The notes: generated from the letters alone by a model not told the origin. A stretch of 22,070 nucleotides of DNA from an uncultured archaeon (GCA_964583985.1 CAZOYD010000042.1:9203-31272), one strand, 5' to 3'. Shown: positions 8,432-17,135, counted from the stretch's first letter. Program-made: numbers and translations.

Positions 8432-8851
8432 TCAATCCTTATCTTTAAAGGTAAATATGGCAAGTTTCTTTGCTGCATTTGTAATTTCTTCCTCGCTTAA
8501 TGCAATTACATCCATGATCGCAAAGGTTCTTTGATTGAGTACTATATACATCCCGGGTTCAAGTTTCTTGCTTTTTACTCTGCGACTTGCAAAAACAATT
8601 ACTATTATCCCTGTTGAGGTTAATGTAATATAAAGTCCCGAATTTATCGGGTCTTCTTTAATAAGTATCCCACCAATAAGTGGGGGTTCACGTAATCTGT
8701 CAATTTCATTTCTTAAATTAATATCTTCTTGTTCTAAACGAAGTCGTTCTGTATCAAGAAGCTGCTTTTCTATTTCTAAATTCCTTATACGTTTTTCTAA
8801 ATGCTTTATATACCCTATTTAACCTTCTTCATCATTTTTACTCTTATTCAT
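8432..8851 (-). pseudogene. Stand-alone proteasome-activating nucleotidase (PAN)-like N-domain (coiled coil + OB fold), no AAA+ domain, in-frame TAA at codon 11
   Basis: Manual translation: MNKSKNDEEG*IGYIKHLEKRIRNLEIEKQLLDTERLRLEQEDINLRNEIDRLREPPLIGGILIKEDPINSGLYITLTSTGIIVIVFASRRVKSKKLEPGMYIVLNQRTFAIMDVIALSEEEITNAAKKLAIFTFKDKD*. The motifs RLREPPLI, STG and L-x-PG-x3-LNQRT match the PAN N-terminus. Absent from the ORF track. Confidence 0.8.
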
Positions 8852-9055
8852 TACTAAATCATCTTTTTATTATTTATTAATTATATTTGACTTTACTAAA
8901 AAACCCAAATAAATTATTTAACATTGGTGGAAAGAGATCTGTTTACTAATATATTAAAAGAAGTATATCCTTATTACGGGATTTATTTTTTATTAGCAAC
9001 ATTAAAGTATGTGTATTTGAAAAGATACAATTAATTCAATTCAATGCGAAAGAAC

Positions 9056-10156
9056 ATGTCTAAAATACAACCTCTTTTACAAGAAATTAGGATTGGGGAT
9101 TTAACACTTAAGAATAGGATGGTAATGGCCCCCATGACTCGTTGTAGGGCAAATAATTCAGAAAACCGCCCTACTGAACTTCATGCTAAATATTATGGTC
9201 AGAGATCATCTGCTGGATTGATTATTACTTGCGGATCGCAAGTGTCGAAAAATGCGGTTGGTTATATCAATACTCCTGGTATTTATTCAGAAGCGCAAGT
9301 AGAGGGTTGGAAATTAGTAACTAATGCAGTCCATGAAAATGAAGGGAAAATATTCATACAATTGTGGCATGTGGGGAGAATGTCACATCCAGATTTTCAT
9401 GACGGCGAGCTTCCATTGGCTCCATCTGCCATAAATCCTAAATCAAAAAGTTTCACTCATGAAGGATTTAAAGATACGTTTGCTCCCAAGGCGATGACTC
9501 TCGATGATATCAAGCAGACGGTGCAAGATTTCAAGAATGCTGCTAAGAACGCTATGAAAGCGGGATTTGACGGCGTTGAAATTCATTCCTCGAATGGGTA
9601 TTTATTTCATCAATTTTTTACGAAATGTTCGAACAATAGAACTGATCAATATGGAGGATCAATTGAAAATCGCGCTAGATTACTGTTTGAGGTCATTGAA
9701 GCTATCAAAGAAGTAATACCAGAGAATCATATTGGAACGAGGCTGAATCCGTCGTTTCATGATCTGTTTGGCATCACAATAGATAAGGAGACAATTCCTA
9801 CTTTTGAATACATCGTAGAAAAACTCAACAATTACAAATTAGCTTATTTGCATTTATCCGAACCATTCACGGATGTGACTAATGTCCCCTTTTCAGAACC
9901 TCACATCGCAAGACATTTTAGACCATTATATAAAGGAACTCTAATGATAAATAATGAATTTAATCAAGAAAAGGGGAATAAAGTTCTAAAAGAAGATCTC
10001 GCTGATCTTGTATCGTTTGGAAAGTTATTTATTTCTAATCCGGATCTCCCAAAGAGATTTGAACTCAATGGAGATCTCGCACCATGGGATAAAGCAACTT
10101 TTTACACTCTTGGTGAGAAAGGATATACAGATTATCCCTTGTTGACTGAATTCTAA
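9056..10156 (+). CDS. Old Yellow Enzyme family alkene reductase (NADH:flavin oxidoreductase, NemA-like)
   Basis: LKNRMVMAPMTR, QLWHVGR, AGFDGVEIHSSNGYL (HxxNxY), NRTDQYGGSIENRAR, FISNPDL. Start is ATG 9056 or 9044. Confidence 0.95.
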   Translation: MSKIQPLLQEIRIGDLTLKNRMVMAPMTRCRANNSENRPTELHAKYYGQRSSAGLIITCGSQVSKNAVGYINTPGIYSEAQVEGWKLVTNAVHENEGKIFIQLWHVGRMSHPDFHDGELPLAPSAINPKSKSFTHEGFKDTFAPKAMTLDDIKQTVQDFKNAAKNAMKAGFDGVEIHSSNGYLFHQFFTKCSNNRTDQYGGSIENRARLLFEVIEAIKEVIPENHIGTRLNPSFHDLFGITIDKETIPTFEYIVEKLNNYKLAYLHLSEPFTDVTNVPFSEPHIARHFRPLYKGTLMINNEFNQEKGNKVLKEDLADLVSFGKLFISNPDLPKRFELNGDLAPWDKATFYTLGEKGYTDYPLLTEF

Positions 10157-10315
10157 TTTAAGTTACCCAATTCGCTTTTCCATAATTATTATAAGAAAAT
10201 CACCTCAATATGAGATATCCTAAAATGTCAAATAGAGATAGGAATACAAAAAAGTTGTAAAAAATTATTTAAGTTAATCTTTTTTTTCTTTTTAAAGCAA
10301 GGAGGTTATTAAAAA

Positions 10316-10468
10316 GTGGATGCTAAATTATACAAGAAAACATATCCTTACATTTGTTCGAACTGTGGAAAATTTACCCATTCTCAAAGAGAATATTGTG
10401 AAAGTTGTGGTAATAAAGGCTCGATTGTAAAAGCTTCAAAGGAAGATTATAAGAAAGCGGAAGTATGA
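10316..10468 (+). CDS. Zinc-ribbon microprotein (50 aa)
   Basis: GGAGG RBS at 10301-10305 and GTG start. MDAKLYKKTYPYICSNCGKFTHSQREYCESCGNKGSIVKASKEDYKKAEV has two CxxCG knuckles; a T-run follows the stop. Not in the ORF track. Confidence 0.8.
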   Translation: MDAKLYKKTYPYICSNCGKFTHSQREYCESCGNKGSIVKASKEDYKKAEV

Positions 10469-10542
10469 ATTTTTTTTCATCTTAGTTTCTCTGAATATCT
10501 AATAAGCCCCGGTAAAATCGTTGGTGTTTTCCTTTAATGAAA

Positions 10543-11259
10543 TTAGGCTATTTGATCGATGATTTCTACAATTTCATATAGATCTTTCACGACGTAATCA
10601 GCTTCTATACTTGAAATTGTAGAACTTAATTCACTTCTTATCCAGATAGCACGCATGTTGCAATTTTTCGCACCAACTATATCTGTATCGATTAAGTCAC
10701 CAATATGGATCGATAATTCCGCTGGAACTGCTAGATTCTTCAAAGCTGTTTGAAAAGGTAAAGTGTGTGGTTTATAAACCCCTATTTCATCAGAGAAAAT
10801 CAAAGTATCAAAAAATTGGAGGATTTCATGATGTTCTAATCCTTGCTTTAAAATCCTCCCCGGTGTGATGCCTGTATCGGAAATGAGGCCAATTTTATAT
10901 TTTGGGGCTAACGATTCTAGAGTTTTTTTAACATTTGGTTTTAATGATGGAGGATTGCTCAACATCGTATTTTCTAAATTTCTTACAATATCTTTTGTTT
11001 CAGCATCACTCATGCTAACGTTTAGTTCATTTAATAGATTATCAAATCGTTGTTTAGTATACACGTGATGTAATTTATTGTATTTTTGTTCAGGAGTCAA
11101 AAATGTAAAATTCGAGGTATAACTTTTCTTGATATTTTCAAACGTAAGAGAAGCATCTATTTTCATTATTTTGTCGGAAATTAATGCTATTCTGCTATCT
11201 GAATATGAAATGTTTTCAAAGAGAGTGTTCCATAAATCAAATGTAATGGCTTTGATCAT
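10543..11259 (-). CDS. HAD-superfamily hydrolase (subfamily IA)
   Basis: Motif I AITFDLWNTL, motif II ISDT, motif III KP, motif IV HIGDLIDTDIVGA. Confidence 0.92.
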   Translation of the reverse strand: MIKAITFDLWNTLFENISYSDSRIALISDKIMKIDASLTFENIKKSYTSNFTFLTPEQKYNKLHHVYTKQRFDNLLNELNVSMSDAETKDIVRNLENTMLSNPPSLKPNVKKTLESLAPKYKIGLISDTGITPGRILKQGLEHHEILQFFDTLIFSDEIGVYKPHTLPFQTALKNLAVPAELSIHIGDLIDTDIVGAKNCNMRAIWIRSELSSTISSIEADYVVKDLYEIVEIIDQIA

Positions 11260-11297
11260 GATCACGTAATAGAATACAATATTCCTAAAAATAGTAT

Positions 11298-11327
11298 CCC
11301 TATATTTATATATATAGATATATAGGG
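11298..11327. promoter_or_regulatory. 30-bp near-palindrome between divergent genes (bidirectional promoter/operator candidate)
   Basis: CCCTATAT...ATATAGGG with 13 of 15 pairs complementary and a TATA core. Confidence 0.4.
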
Positions 11328-11397
11328 TTAAAATAATTATATCGTACTTTTAATATCTTATTTTGAGAATTATTAAGAAAGAGCATGTGAAGAGATC

Positions 11398-11757
11398 ATG
11401 GAAGACCCTTTTGAAATACCAATCATTACAATGGTAAAATTTGAAGATTATACAGAATCAAAAGTAGCTATTCGAGTGCATAAATTCGAGGTAGAATGTA
11501 GAAAAGATCCGCTTCTTAAACATTTAAGATCAATTGGGGCACGTTATTCATCTCACAAGGGTTATAAACAATATGTTATTGTACATGTAATGGAGGAATA
11601 TTATGAAATCCCCTTTTCCTCTTTTGATGAGGATGATCAAGAAGATATGATCTACCAAGATTATCATGATAAGGTTAATGCTATTATTCGTTCGATAGAT
11701 AAATTAAAAAGGAAAATTCAACAAGTTGATATAGAATATTGTTATCGAGTAGATTAA
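11398..11757 (+). CDS. Hypothetical protein (119 aa)
   Basis: Uninterrupted ORF with no competing gene and normal composition; no recognisable motif. Confidence 0.7.
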   Translation: MEDPFEIPIITMVKFEDYTESKVAIRVHKFEVECRKDPLLKHLRSIGARYSSHKGYKQYVIVHVMEEYYEIPFSSFDEDDQEDMIYQDYHDKVNAIIRSIDKLKRKIQQVDIEYCYRVD

Positions 11758-11858
11758 GAATCGTAATTATTGTAAATATTCTGTATAATTCGATGAAAGC
11801 ATTTAATATCTATCTGATAAAAACCACGGGAATATTGATGTGATATTTTAGTGGTACT

Positions 11859-12662
11859 CTAAAGAGCACTTTTTACAAAACCACCATCAACTTGAATAAC
11901 TGTTCCGGTAATATAACTTGCTCTATCAGAAGCCAAAAAAACGACGAGATTTGCTAATTCTTCTGGTCTGCCTAATCTTCCTAATGGAATGGAATCAACC
12001 CATTGTTTCATGATTTCTTGTTCTGATTTGCCCGTTTCATCAACTTGTTTTTTTATTAAACTTTTCATTCTTTGAGTAAGAGTGGGACCAGGACACACGA
12101 CGTTGACAAGAATATTATCCTTTGCATATTCATTTGCTAAAGTTTTAGAATAACCAACTACTCCCAAACGCGTTGTATTAGATAAAACCAAGTTCTCAAG
12201 TGGTTGCTTCACGGATACAGATGTAATTGCTATTATCCTTCCAGATTGCTGCTGTTCCATAATGGGGATGACAGATCTACAGATTCTAATGAAAGATAAC
12301 AAGTTCAAATTAATCGATTCCTGCCAATTTTTCTCTGTTACATTACTTATCGATGCCGAAGGAGGCCCACCTGCGTTATGAACTAATACATCGATCGTGC
12401 CGAACTCTTTAAGTGTGGTGTCAACCAATGACTTGATCTGCTCTTTATCATTTAAATCTGTTTCAATTGTGATAATCCTGCCGTTTTTTAAGTTTGTTTT
12501 AACCTTTTCGATTTCCCTTCTTGCGAGATCTAAATTTACTTTCGAACGACTACAAATAACGACGTTAGCTCCTTCTTGATAAAAAAGTTTCGCACAAGCT
12601 AAACCAAATCCTTTACTTGCTGCTAAAACCAGCACTACCTTGTTTGATAATCCTAAATCCAT
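11859..12662 (-). CDS. Short-chain dehydrogenase/reductase (FabG/BKR-like subgroup with atypical active site)
   Basis: AASKGFG cofactor loop, HNAG, NVVCPG, IPLGRLGRPEE, SYITG..VDGG; SNTTR occupies the position of YxxxK. Confidence 0.93.
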   Translation of the reverse strand: MDLGLSNKVVLVLAASKGFGLACAKLFYQEGANVVICSRSKVNLDLARREIEKVKTNLKNGRIITIETDLNDKEQIKSLVDTTLKEFGTIDVLVHNAGGPPSASISNVTEKNWQESINLNLLSFIRICRSVIPIMEQQQSGRIIAITSVSVKQPLENLVLSNTTRLGVVGYSKTLANEYAKDNILVNVVCPGPTLTQRMKSLIKKQVDETGKSEQEIMKQWVDSIPLGRLGRPEELANLVVFLASDRASYITGTVIQVDGGFVKSAL

Positions 12663-12686
12663 AATTTTATTATTTTTGCATTGTAT

Positions 12687-12857
12687 TTAAAATAATTTAG
12701 AATGCTTATTTTTAAATCTACCACACTTGGAAAAATGTATATTGCATCGCATGCCGCTTTCAGCTTTATCGCACTGAGCACTATGAGGACACCTTACTTC
12801 CTCTGCAGGGGAGATGATTTTTACTCTATGTAATCTAATTTCTATTTTAGAACGCAT
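12687..12857 (-). CDS. Cys4 microprotein (56 aa), putative metal-binding
   Basis: MRSKIEIRLHRVKIISPAEEVRCPHSAQCDKAESGMRCNIHFSKCGRFKNKHSKLF, with CX5CX8CX6C spacing. Starts 6 nt after the upstream stop and ends 24 nt before the SDR start. Not in the ORF track. Confidence 0.65.
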   Translation of the reverse strand: MRSKIEIRLHRVKIISPAEEVRCPHSAQCDKAESGMRCNIHFSKCGRFKNKHSKLF

Positions 12858-12863
12858 GACTTC

Positions 12864-13151
12864 TCATAGTATAAAATGTGGTTTTGGATGACCCCCATAA
12901 TTAGCACGCTTCAAGGTTAGATCTATTTCTGATATTAACCAACAAAGGATATCATAAGAAGGTGAAGTATAATAAATTTCAGCTGCTCTTTGCGAAATGA
13001 AGTTCTCATCTACCCTTTGAAAATTATTTTGAAGGTATAATTGCCGTTCTGCTAACATCCAGCATAAATCATTAAAAGGAATTCTTTTTTCAGCGAATAA
13101 ATAGGCTGCCACGCTGATTTCTTGTTTTGTATCATCATCATAATTAAACAT
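12864..13151 (-). CDS. Small protein with two tandem DUF2934-like repeats
   Basis: ISVAAYLFAEKRIPFNDLCWMLAERQL and ISQRAAEIYYTSPSYDILCWLISEIDL resemble the I-x3-AY...W-x2-AE-x2-L pattern. Confidence 0.65.
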   Translation of the reverse strand: MFNYDDDTKQEISVAAYLFAEKRIPFNDLCWMLAERQLYLQNNFQRVDENFISQRAAEIYYTSPSYDILCWLISEIDLTLKRANYGGHPKPHFIL

Positions 13152-13321
13152 AATTTATCAAATGAATAATGGAAAATCATGCTAAAAAAGATGATGTTCT
13201 TTTTGAGAAGTGAAAAACAAACTATATTCTTAAAAATTTAACCGTATAGCAACTTCTCGATAAAATTTGAATTGAAAATGAGTATACTTGATATGAAAAT
13301 GAGAAATAAAAAAGCTCGTGT

Positions 13322-13777
13322 TTAATCGGGTGTAAGCGAATCTAAATCAGAAAGATCTAAACCACTATCTAAGGTATCTGGAATATCTGCCAAGAACTCA
13401 TCCAAGATTTCCTTTAATTCGTCTCCTGAACGTTTTAATATGAGTCGAATCAAACCGATGTTAATCTCAGGGTCAGAAATCAGAGTTAATACACCTTTTG
13501 GGCCGCAACTGGAAGCGAATATTTTTCCTCCTCCGAACTCACTCGTAACTATTTCTAAATCACCAAGTTCTAAATTCTTTCCTTGCTCCTCCGATGCACA
13601 AAAAACTGCTGAAGCAATAGCCCCAATACCATCAACATCTGCGGGGAAATACGAGAATTTCGAGACGCTTGCGATAGTCAAACCAGTTCTATCGACTAAA
13701 ATTACTTTTTTAATTCCACTTTCAGATTTGATAATTTTTGATAAAATGTTATCGAATGATTTGGTATCAAGTGACAT
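13322..13777 (-). CDS. Roadblock/LC7 (MglB/LAMTOR-like) protein with acidic C-terminal tail
   Basis: GIKKVILVDRTGLTIAS, GIGAIASAVF, IVTSEFGGGKIF, INIGLIRL form the roadblock pattern. Confidence 0.92.
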   Translation of the reverse strand: MSLDTKSFDNILSKIIKSESGIKKVILVDRTGLTIASVSKFSYFPADVDGIGAIASAVFCASEEQGKNLELGDLEIVTSEFGGGKIFASSCGPKGVLTLISDPEINIGLIRLILKRSGDELKEILDEFLADIPDTLDSGLDLSDLDSLTPD

Positions 13778-13962
13778 TCTAATACACCTAAATTTGAATT
13801 TTATATATTATATTAGTATTTCATGTTTAAAACTATTATCATAAATAAAAAAATATATGTTTAAAAGTATATGTTTTTTGATAAGCCTAATCAATTTTAG
13901 CACGAGATAAAATCGAAAATTATCACTTAGGTTATTTAAAACAGTTATCAAGGATATTAAAA

Positions 13963-15177
13963 TTAAATTAGATTATTATCTTTCACGATTTGTAAATAAT
14001 GGTCCCTTTCACGTCTTAAAACTTTTATTTCTTTCTTTAAGTCAAAGATATATCCATTGATTTCTTCTTCATGTTTAACTTTGGAAGAAAGCTGTTCTTT
14101 TAAATTCTTGATTTCTACTTTAAGGGTGGTCATTGAATCAATATGCAGATTGCTTGATTGTTTGGACTTAGTAATTTCTTCCTTGAGATTTTCATTTTCT
14201 TTTTCCAAGGCTTTAATTTCGGAATGTAATCCGAGATTAATGCTCTTCAAATCCTCCATTTCCTGCAATATTTTTTCTGCTTCTTTTTCAATATTTTTGA
14301 TTTCAAGTGCTTCATTCGTTAATTGACTTATTGCTAAGTTATTTTCAGTTAATTTCTTGTCTTTTTCATTTAACTTTTCTGTTAATTTATTCACTTCAAT
14401 TAATAATTTTGAATTATTCTCGTTTAGTTCGGCCATTTGTTGGCTCCAACTTTCTAATTTAATGTACTGTTCACTGATTTCGTTCTTTAAGGAATCGATT
14501 TCTTCTTCTTTCTGAGATTTTTCAGAAGCTAAATCTGCATATTTTCTAGTTAGTTCCCTAATTTTTCCTTTCTTCTCTTCTAATAAACTTTCAAGTTCAG
14601 AATTTCTTGATGCTGAATCTTGCATTGTTTTATCATTTGTAGGATTATCTTTTTCGTCGTTTTTTATTTGAAAACTTTCTCGTTTCTTATCAAGTAAATC
14701 ATTACTTTTTTTAATTTCTCTTTCTACCAAACTCGTCTCACCTTCAATAATTTCCTCCCAATAGGGTGTTAATTCATTACTTTTCATCATTTCATAATAT
14801 TTGCCCAGGATATCATCGAAATTAAGTGCTTCTCGTTTTGGGAGTAATTCATAAGAGATACGGCGCATCATTCCTTCAATTTCTGGGGGAAGAACCTCAT
14901 CTTCTGAAAGAAAAACCACAATAGCAAAATTTGGTGTTCCAACATAGTGCCTGAAAGAAAATCCCGAATAAAAGCTCGTAACGTTAATATCACCTTCTAA
15001 AATGACTTCGAGGTAATTTGGTTCCATTTTCTTTTTAAGATGGTAGTCAGAAAGTTCTTGAAGTGATCGTTGAGAAATATTGAGGAATTCAGCCACATTA
15101 CTTGGAAATTGCTTATCAATATAAGCTTTCGATTCTTCATTAAAACCGATAATTATAATGCCTTTCAAAGTGATCAA
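13963..15177 (-). CDS. N-terminal longin/uDENN-like domain plus long C-terminal coiled coil
   Basis: The N-terminus GIIIIGFNEESKAYIDKQFP...VTSFYSG...AIVVFL resembles the uDENN/longin opening (F-D-x3-G-P-x5-P type). About 210 C-terminal residues are heptad-rich in E/K/L. Confidence 0.65.
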   Translation of the reverse strand: MITLKGIIIIGFNEESKAYIDKQFPSNVAEFLNISQRSLQELSDYHLKKKMEPNYLEVILEGDINVTSFYSGFSFRHYVGTPNFAIVVFLSEDEVLPPEIEGMMRRISYELLPKREALNFDDILGKYYEMMKSNELTPYWEEIIEGETSLVEREIKKSNDLLDKKRESFQIKNDEKDNPTNDKTMQDSASRNSELESLLEEKKGKIRELTRKYADLASEKSQKEEEIDSLKNEISEQYIKLESWSQQMAELNENNSKLLIEVNKLTEKLNEKDKKLTENNLAISQLTNEALEIKNIEKEAEKILQEMEDLKSINLGLHSEIKALEKENENLKEEITKSKQSSNLHIDSMTTLKVEIKNLKEQLSSKVKHEEEINGYIFDLKKEIKVLRRERDHYLQIVKDNNLI

Positions 15178-15278
15178 CTGATTTTTTTTAATCAGATGGA
15201 GAACTCTTAGAATTAAGTTTATTAATCGCTATATTATTATAAACTTTATATATATAATAATAAAAAACAAAGTTCTTC

Positions 15279-15647
15279 TTAAGGATTTAGATAACTACTG
15301 ATGAGTTCTCTAAATTCTTGAACTTTAATAGGTTTTGAAACGTACTGGTTAAAACCAGCTTCCATAATACGTTCCTTATCTCCTTTCATTGCAAAGGAAG
15401 TCACTGCAATGATTGGAATGGTTTTAAATTTATCCAGTTTCCTTAATTCGCTGCAAATTTCAATTCCATTCATTTCTGGTAGTTGGATGTCCAGAATCAC
15501 AATATCCGGATCTCCTGATTTTATTAATTCAAATCCTAAATCTCCTCGAGTTTCTTCAAAAAGCTCAATATCGGGAATGATTTTTAAAATTGCACGAAAT
15601 AATTTCATGTTCTTTTCATTATCTTCAATTACAAAAACTCTCTTCAT
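15279..15647 (-). CDS. Single-domain response regulator (CheY/DivK-like receiver)
   Basis: VIEDN, phosphoacceptor PDIVILDIQLPEMNG, AVTSFAMKGD, YVSKP; no output domain. Start is ATG 15647 or GTG 15656. Confidence 0.95.
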   Translation of the reverse strand: MKRVFVIEDNEKNMKLFRAILKIIPDIELFEETRGDLGFELIKSGDPDIVILDIQLPEMNGIEICSELRKLDKFKTIPIIAVTSFAMKGDKERIMEAGFNQYVSKPIKVQEFRELISSYLNP

Positions 15648-15815
15648 CTTTTTCACTTTAAATTGTTAGAAAATGCTTTTTCTATTCTAAATAATATCAA
15701 GCTATTAAAATAACCATGAGTATTTAGATATGTTTATATATATCATTTTGCATTTATTATTTAAATTTAATTCTTCACGAAAAGCACAAAATCTTAAGTA
15801 TTAAGTGTTCTGATC

Positions 15816-17135
15816 TTGGTCGTTGGTATCGTACTCTTTAGTTGGGATAAGAAGATAGGTTCAGTTGTCGATTTCAAATATCCTCAAGGCTTTGAAATCC
15901 AAGATGATTTGATTAATAAAATATACATGACGTTTGCTTATAGCGAAGATTTTGACAAGCAAGAATTGATTGAAACTAGTTATAGTAACCTAACGATCTT
16001 GTCTTACTGCGATAAAACAAGAGTACCTACAGTTGGATACGAAATTGTGAGTCTATTTTTAGAGGAAAAAGAAGCAATCAATTCATTTAGTTTCAAAAAA
16101 AAATTAATCACTTTTGGACAAGATATTTTTACAATTGATAAATCAGAGCGTAATACATATTTTGAAAATAATATTGAGGGGTTCTTCAAATCTACTTCCG
16201 CTCAAAAAATCCTATTACTTGGTAGAGCAGGTACAGGAAAAACAACCATTAAAAAAATAATTTTTGAGGGATTTGATCCCAAAGAATTACTGGTTAATCC
16301 TTTAGATCCCACTCGTGGATTAAGTCCGTCGGTTTATTCTTGGCTAGATTTAAAAATCGGACTGTTTGATTCTTCTGGTCAGGAATTAGAAACTTTATTA
16401 AATAATAAAGATGAATATGACCTGGCATTTTATAATACCGATGCGATAATATATGTTTTTGATTATCCTACTTGGATTAGAAATCCTACCGAAATCGTTT
16501 CTGAAATTCAAAAAATTCAAAATATAATTAAAGAAGAATCCTATTCCGCTAGAATTATAATTTTCATTCATAAAATTGATTTAATCAATAATGAAAATCG
16601 TAAAGATATACTCGGAGAGATTACCAACATCTTAAAAGAAAAATTACCTTTTTCAATTTTTTATACTAGTATTCATCCGGAATTTATTTTTAGTACCTAC
16701 AATGCTTTTTATGAAATTTTAGCAAACTATTCAAAAGAGACTTTTCAACTAAAAAAAATATTGGATGATTTCATCAATGATTCTCCGAAATCAATGTTTT
16801 TCATAACAAACCAAAATAATAGCATAGTATCACAATCTACATCCAACGATTTTAATTTCGGTAATATTAACCATGCTCATAAATTAATTGCTCAAATTAC
16901 TCAAACATTTGAGGACATGTCAAACAATAGTAAGATTGAACATCTCATAATTTCTGGACAAAACGATTTAAACCTTATTTTGAATAATCTTAATTTAAAT
17001 CAATTTGAAATTAAGAATTTGATTTGTATTTCTGAAACTCTTAGCGCAAATAAATTAATTTGGATGATAGGACAAATAAGATCAAAAATAAAGAATTTAT
17101 TTTATTTTAACATAAAGGAAAAGAGTTCAAATTGA
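15816..17135 (+). CDS. Multidomain Rag/Gtr-like small GTPase: uDENN/longin-like N-domain + GTPase + roadblock/longin-like C-domain
   Basis: G1 KILLLGRAGTGKTT, G2 PTRG, G3 DSSGQ, G4 HKID, G5 TSI (HKxD and TSI are Rag-type). N-terminus GIVLFSWDKKIGSVVDFKYP; C-terminus LKKILDDF..MFFITNQNNSIVS. Confidence 0.85.
   Translation: MVVGIVLFSWDKKIGSVVDFKYPQGFEIQDDLINKIYMTFAYSEDFDKQELIETSYSNLTILSYCDKTRVPTVGYEIVSLFLEEKEAINSFSFKKKLITFGQDIFTIDKSERNTYFENNIEGFFKSTSAQKILLLGRAGTGKTTIKKIIFEGFDPKELLVNPLDPTRGLSPSVYSWLDLKIGLFDSSGQELETLLNNKDEYDLAFYNTDAIIYVFDYPTWIRNPTEIVSEIQKIQNIIKEESYSARIIIFIHKIDLINNENRKDILGEITNILKEKLPFSIFYTSIHPEFIFSTYNAFYEILANYSKETFQLKKILDDFINDSPKSMFFITNQNNSIVSQSTSNDFNFGNINHAHKLIAQITQTFEDMSNNSKIEHLIISGQNDLNLILNNLNLNQFEIKNLICISETLSANKLIWMIGQIRSKIKNLFYFNIKEKSSN

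Noticed and set aside
8819-8821. In-frame stop as selenocysteine/pyrrolysine recoding or an alternative genetic code
   Set aside because: The codon is TAA, not TGA or TAG, and TAA terminates many other genes in the window.
10543-11259. HAD motif I DLWNT instead of DxDxT
   Set aside because: DxWxT is a common variant in this HAD-IA subfamily.
11823-11855. Imperfect hairpin ACCAC..AATAT/ATATT..GTGGT between convergent genes
   Set aside because: Short interrupted stem; it could be a terminator but cannot be distinguished from chance.
11859-12662. SDR lacking the catalytic YxxxK
   Set aside because: The SNxxR variant with an AASKG[LF]G loop is a known, widespread BKR-like SDR subgroup and not a novelty.
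13963-15177. SMC / chromosome-segregation ATPase annotation for the coiled-coil protein
   Set aside because: No Walker A, ABC signature or hinge; the similarity would come from generic coiled coil only.
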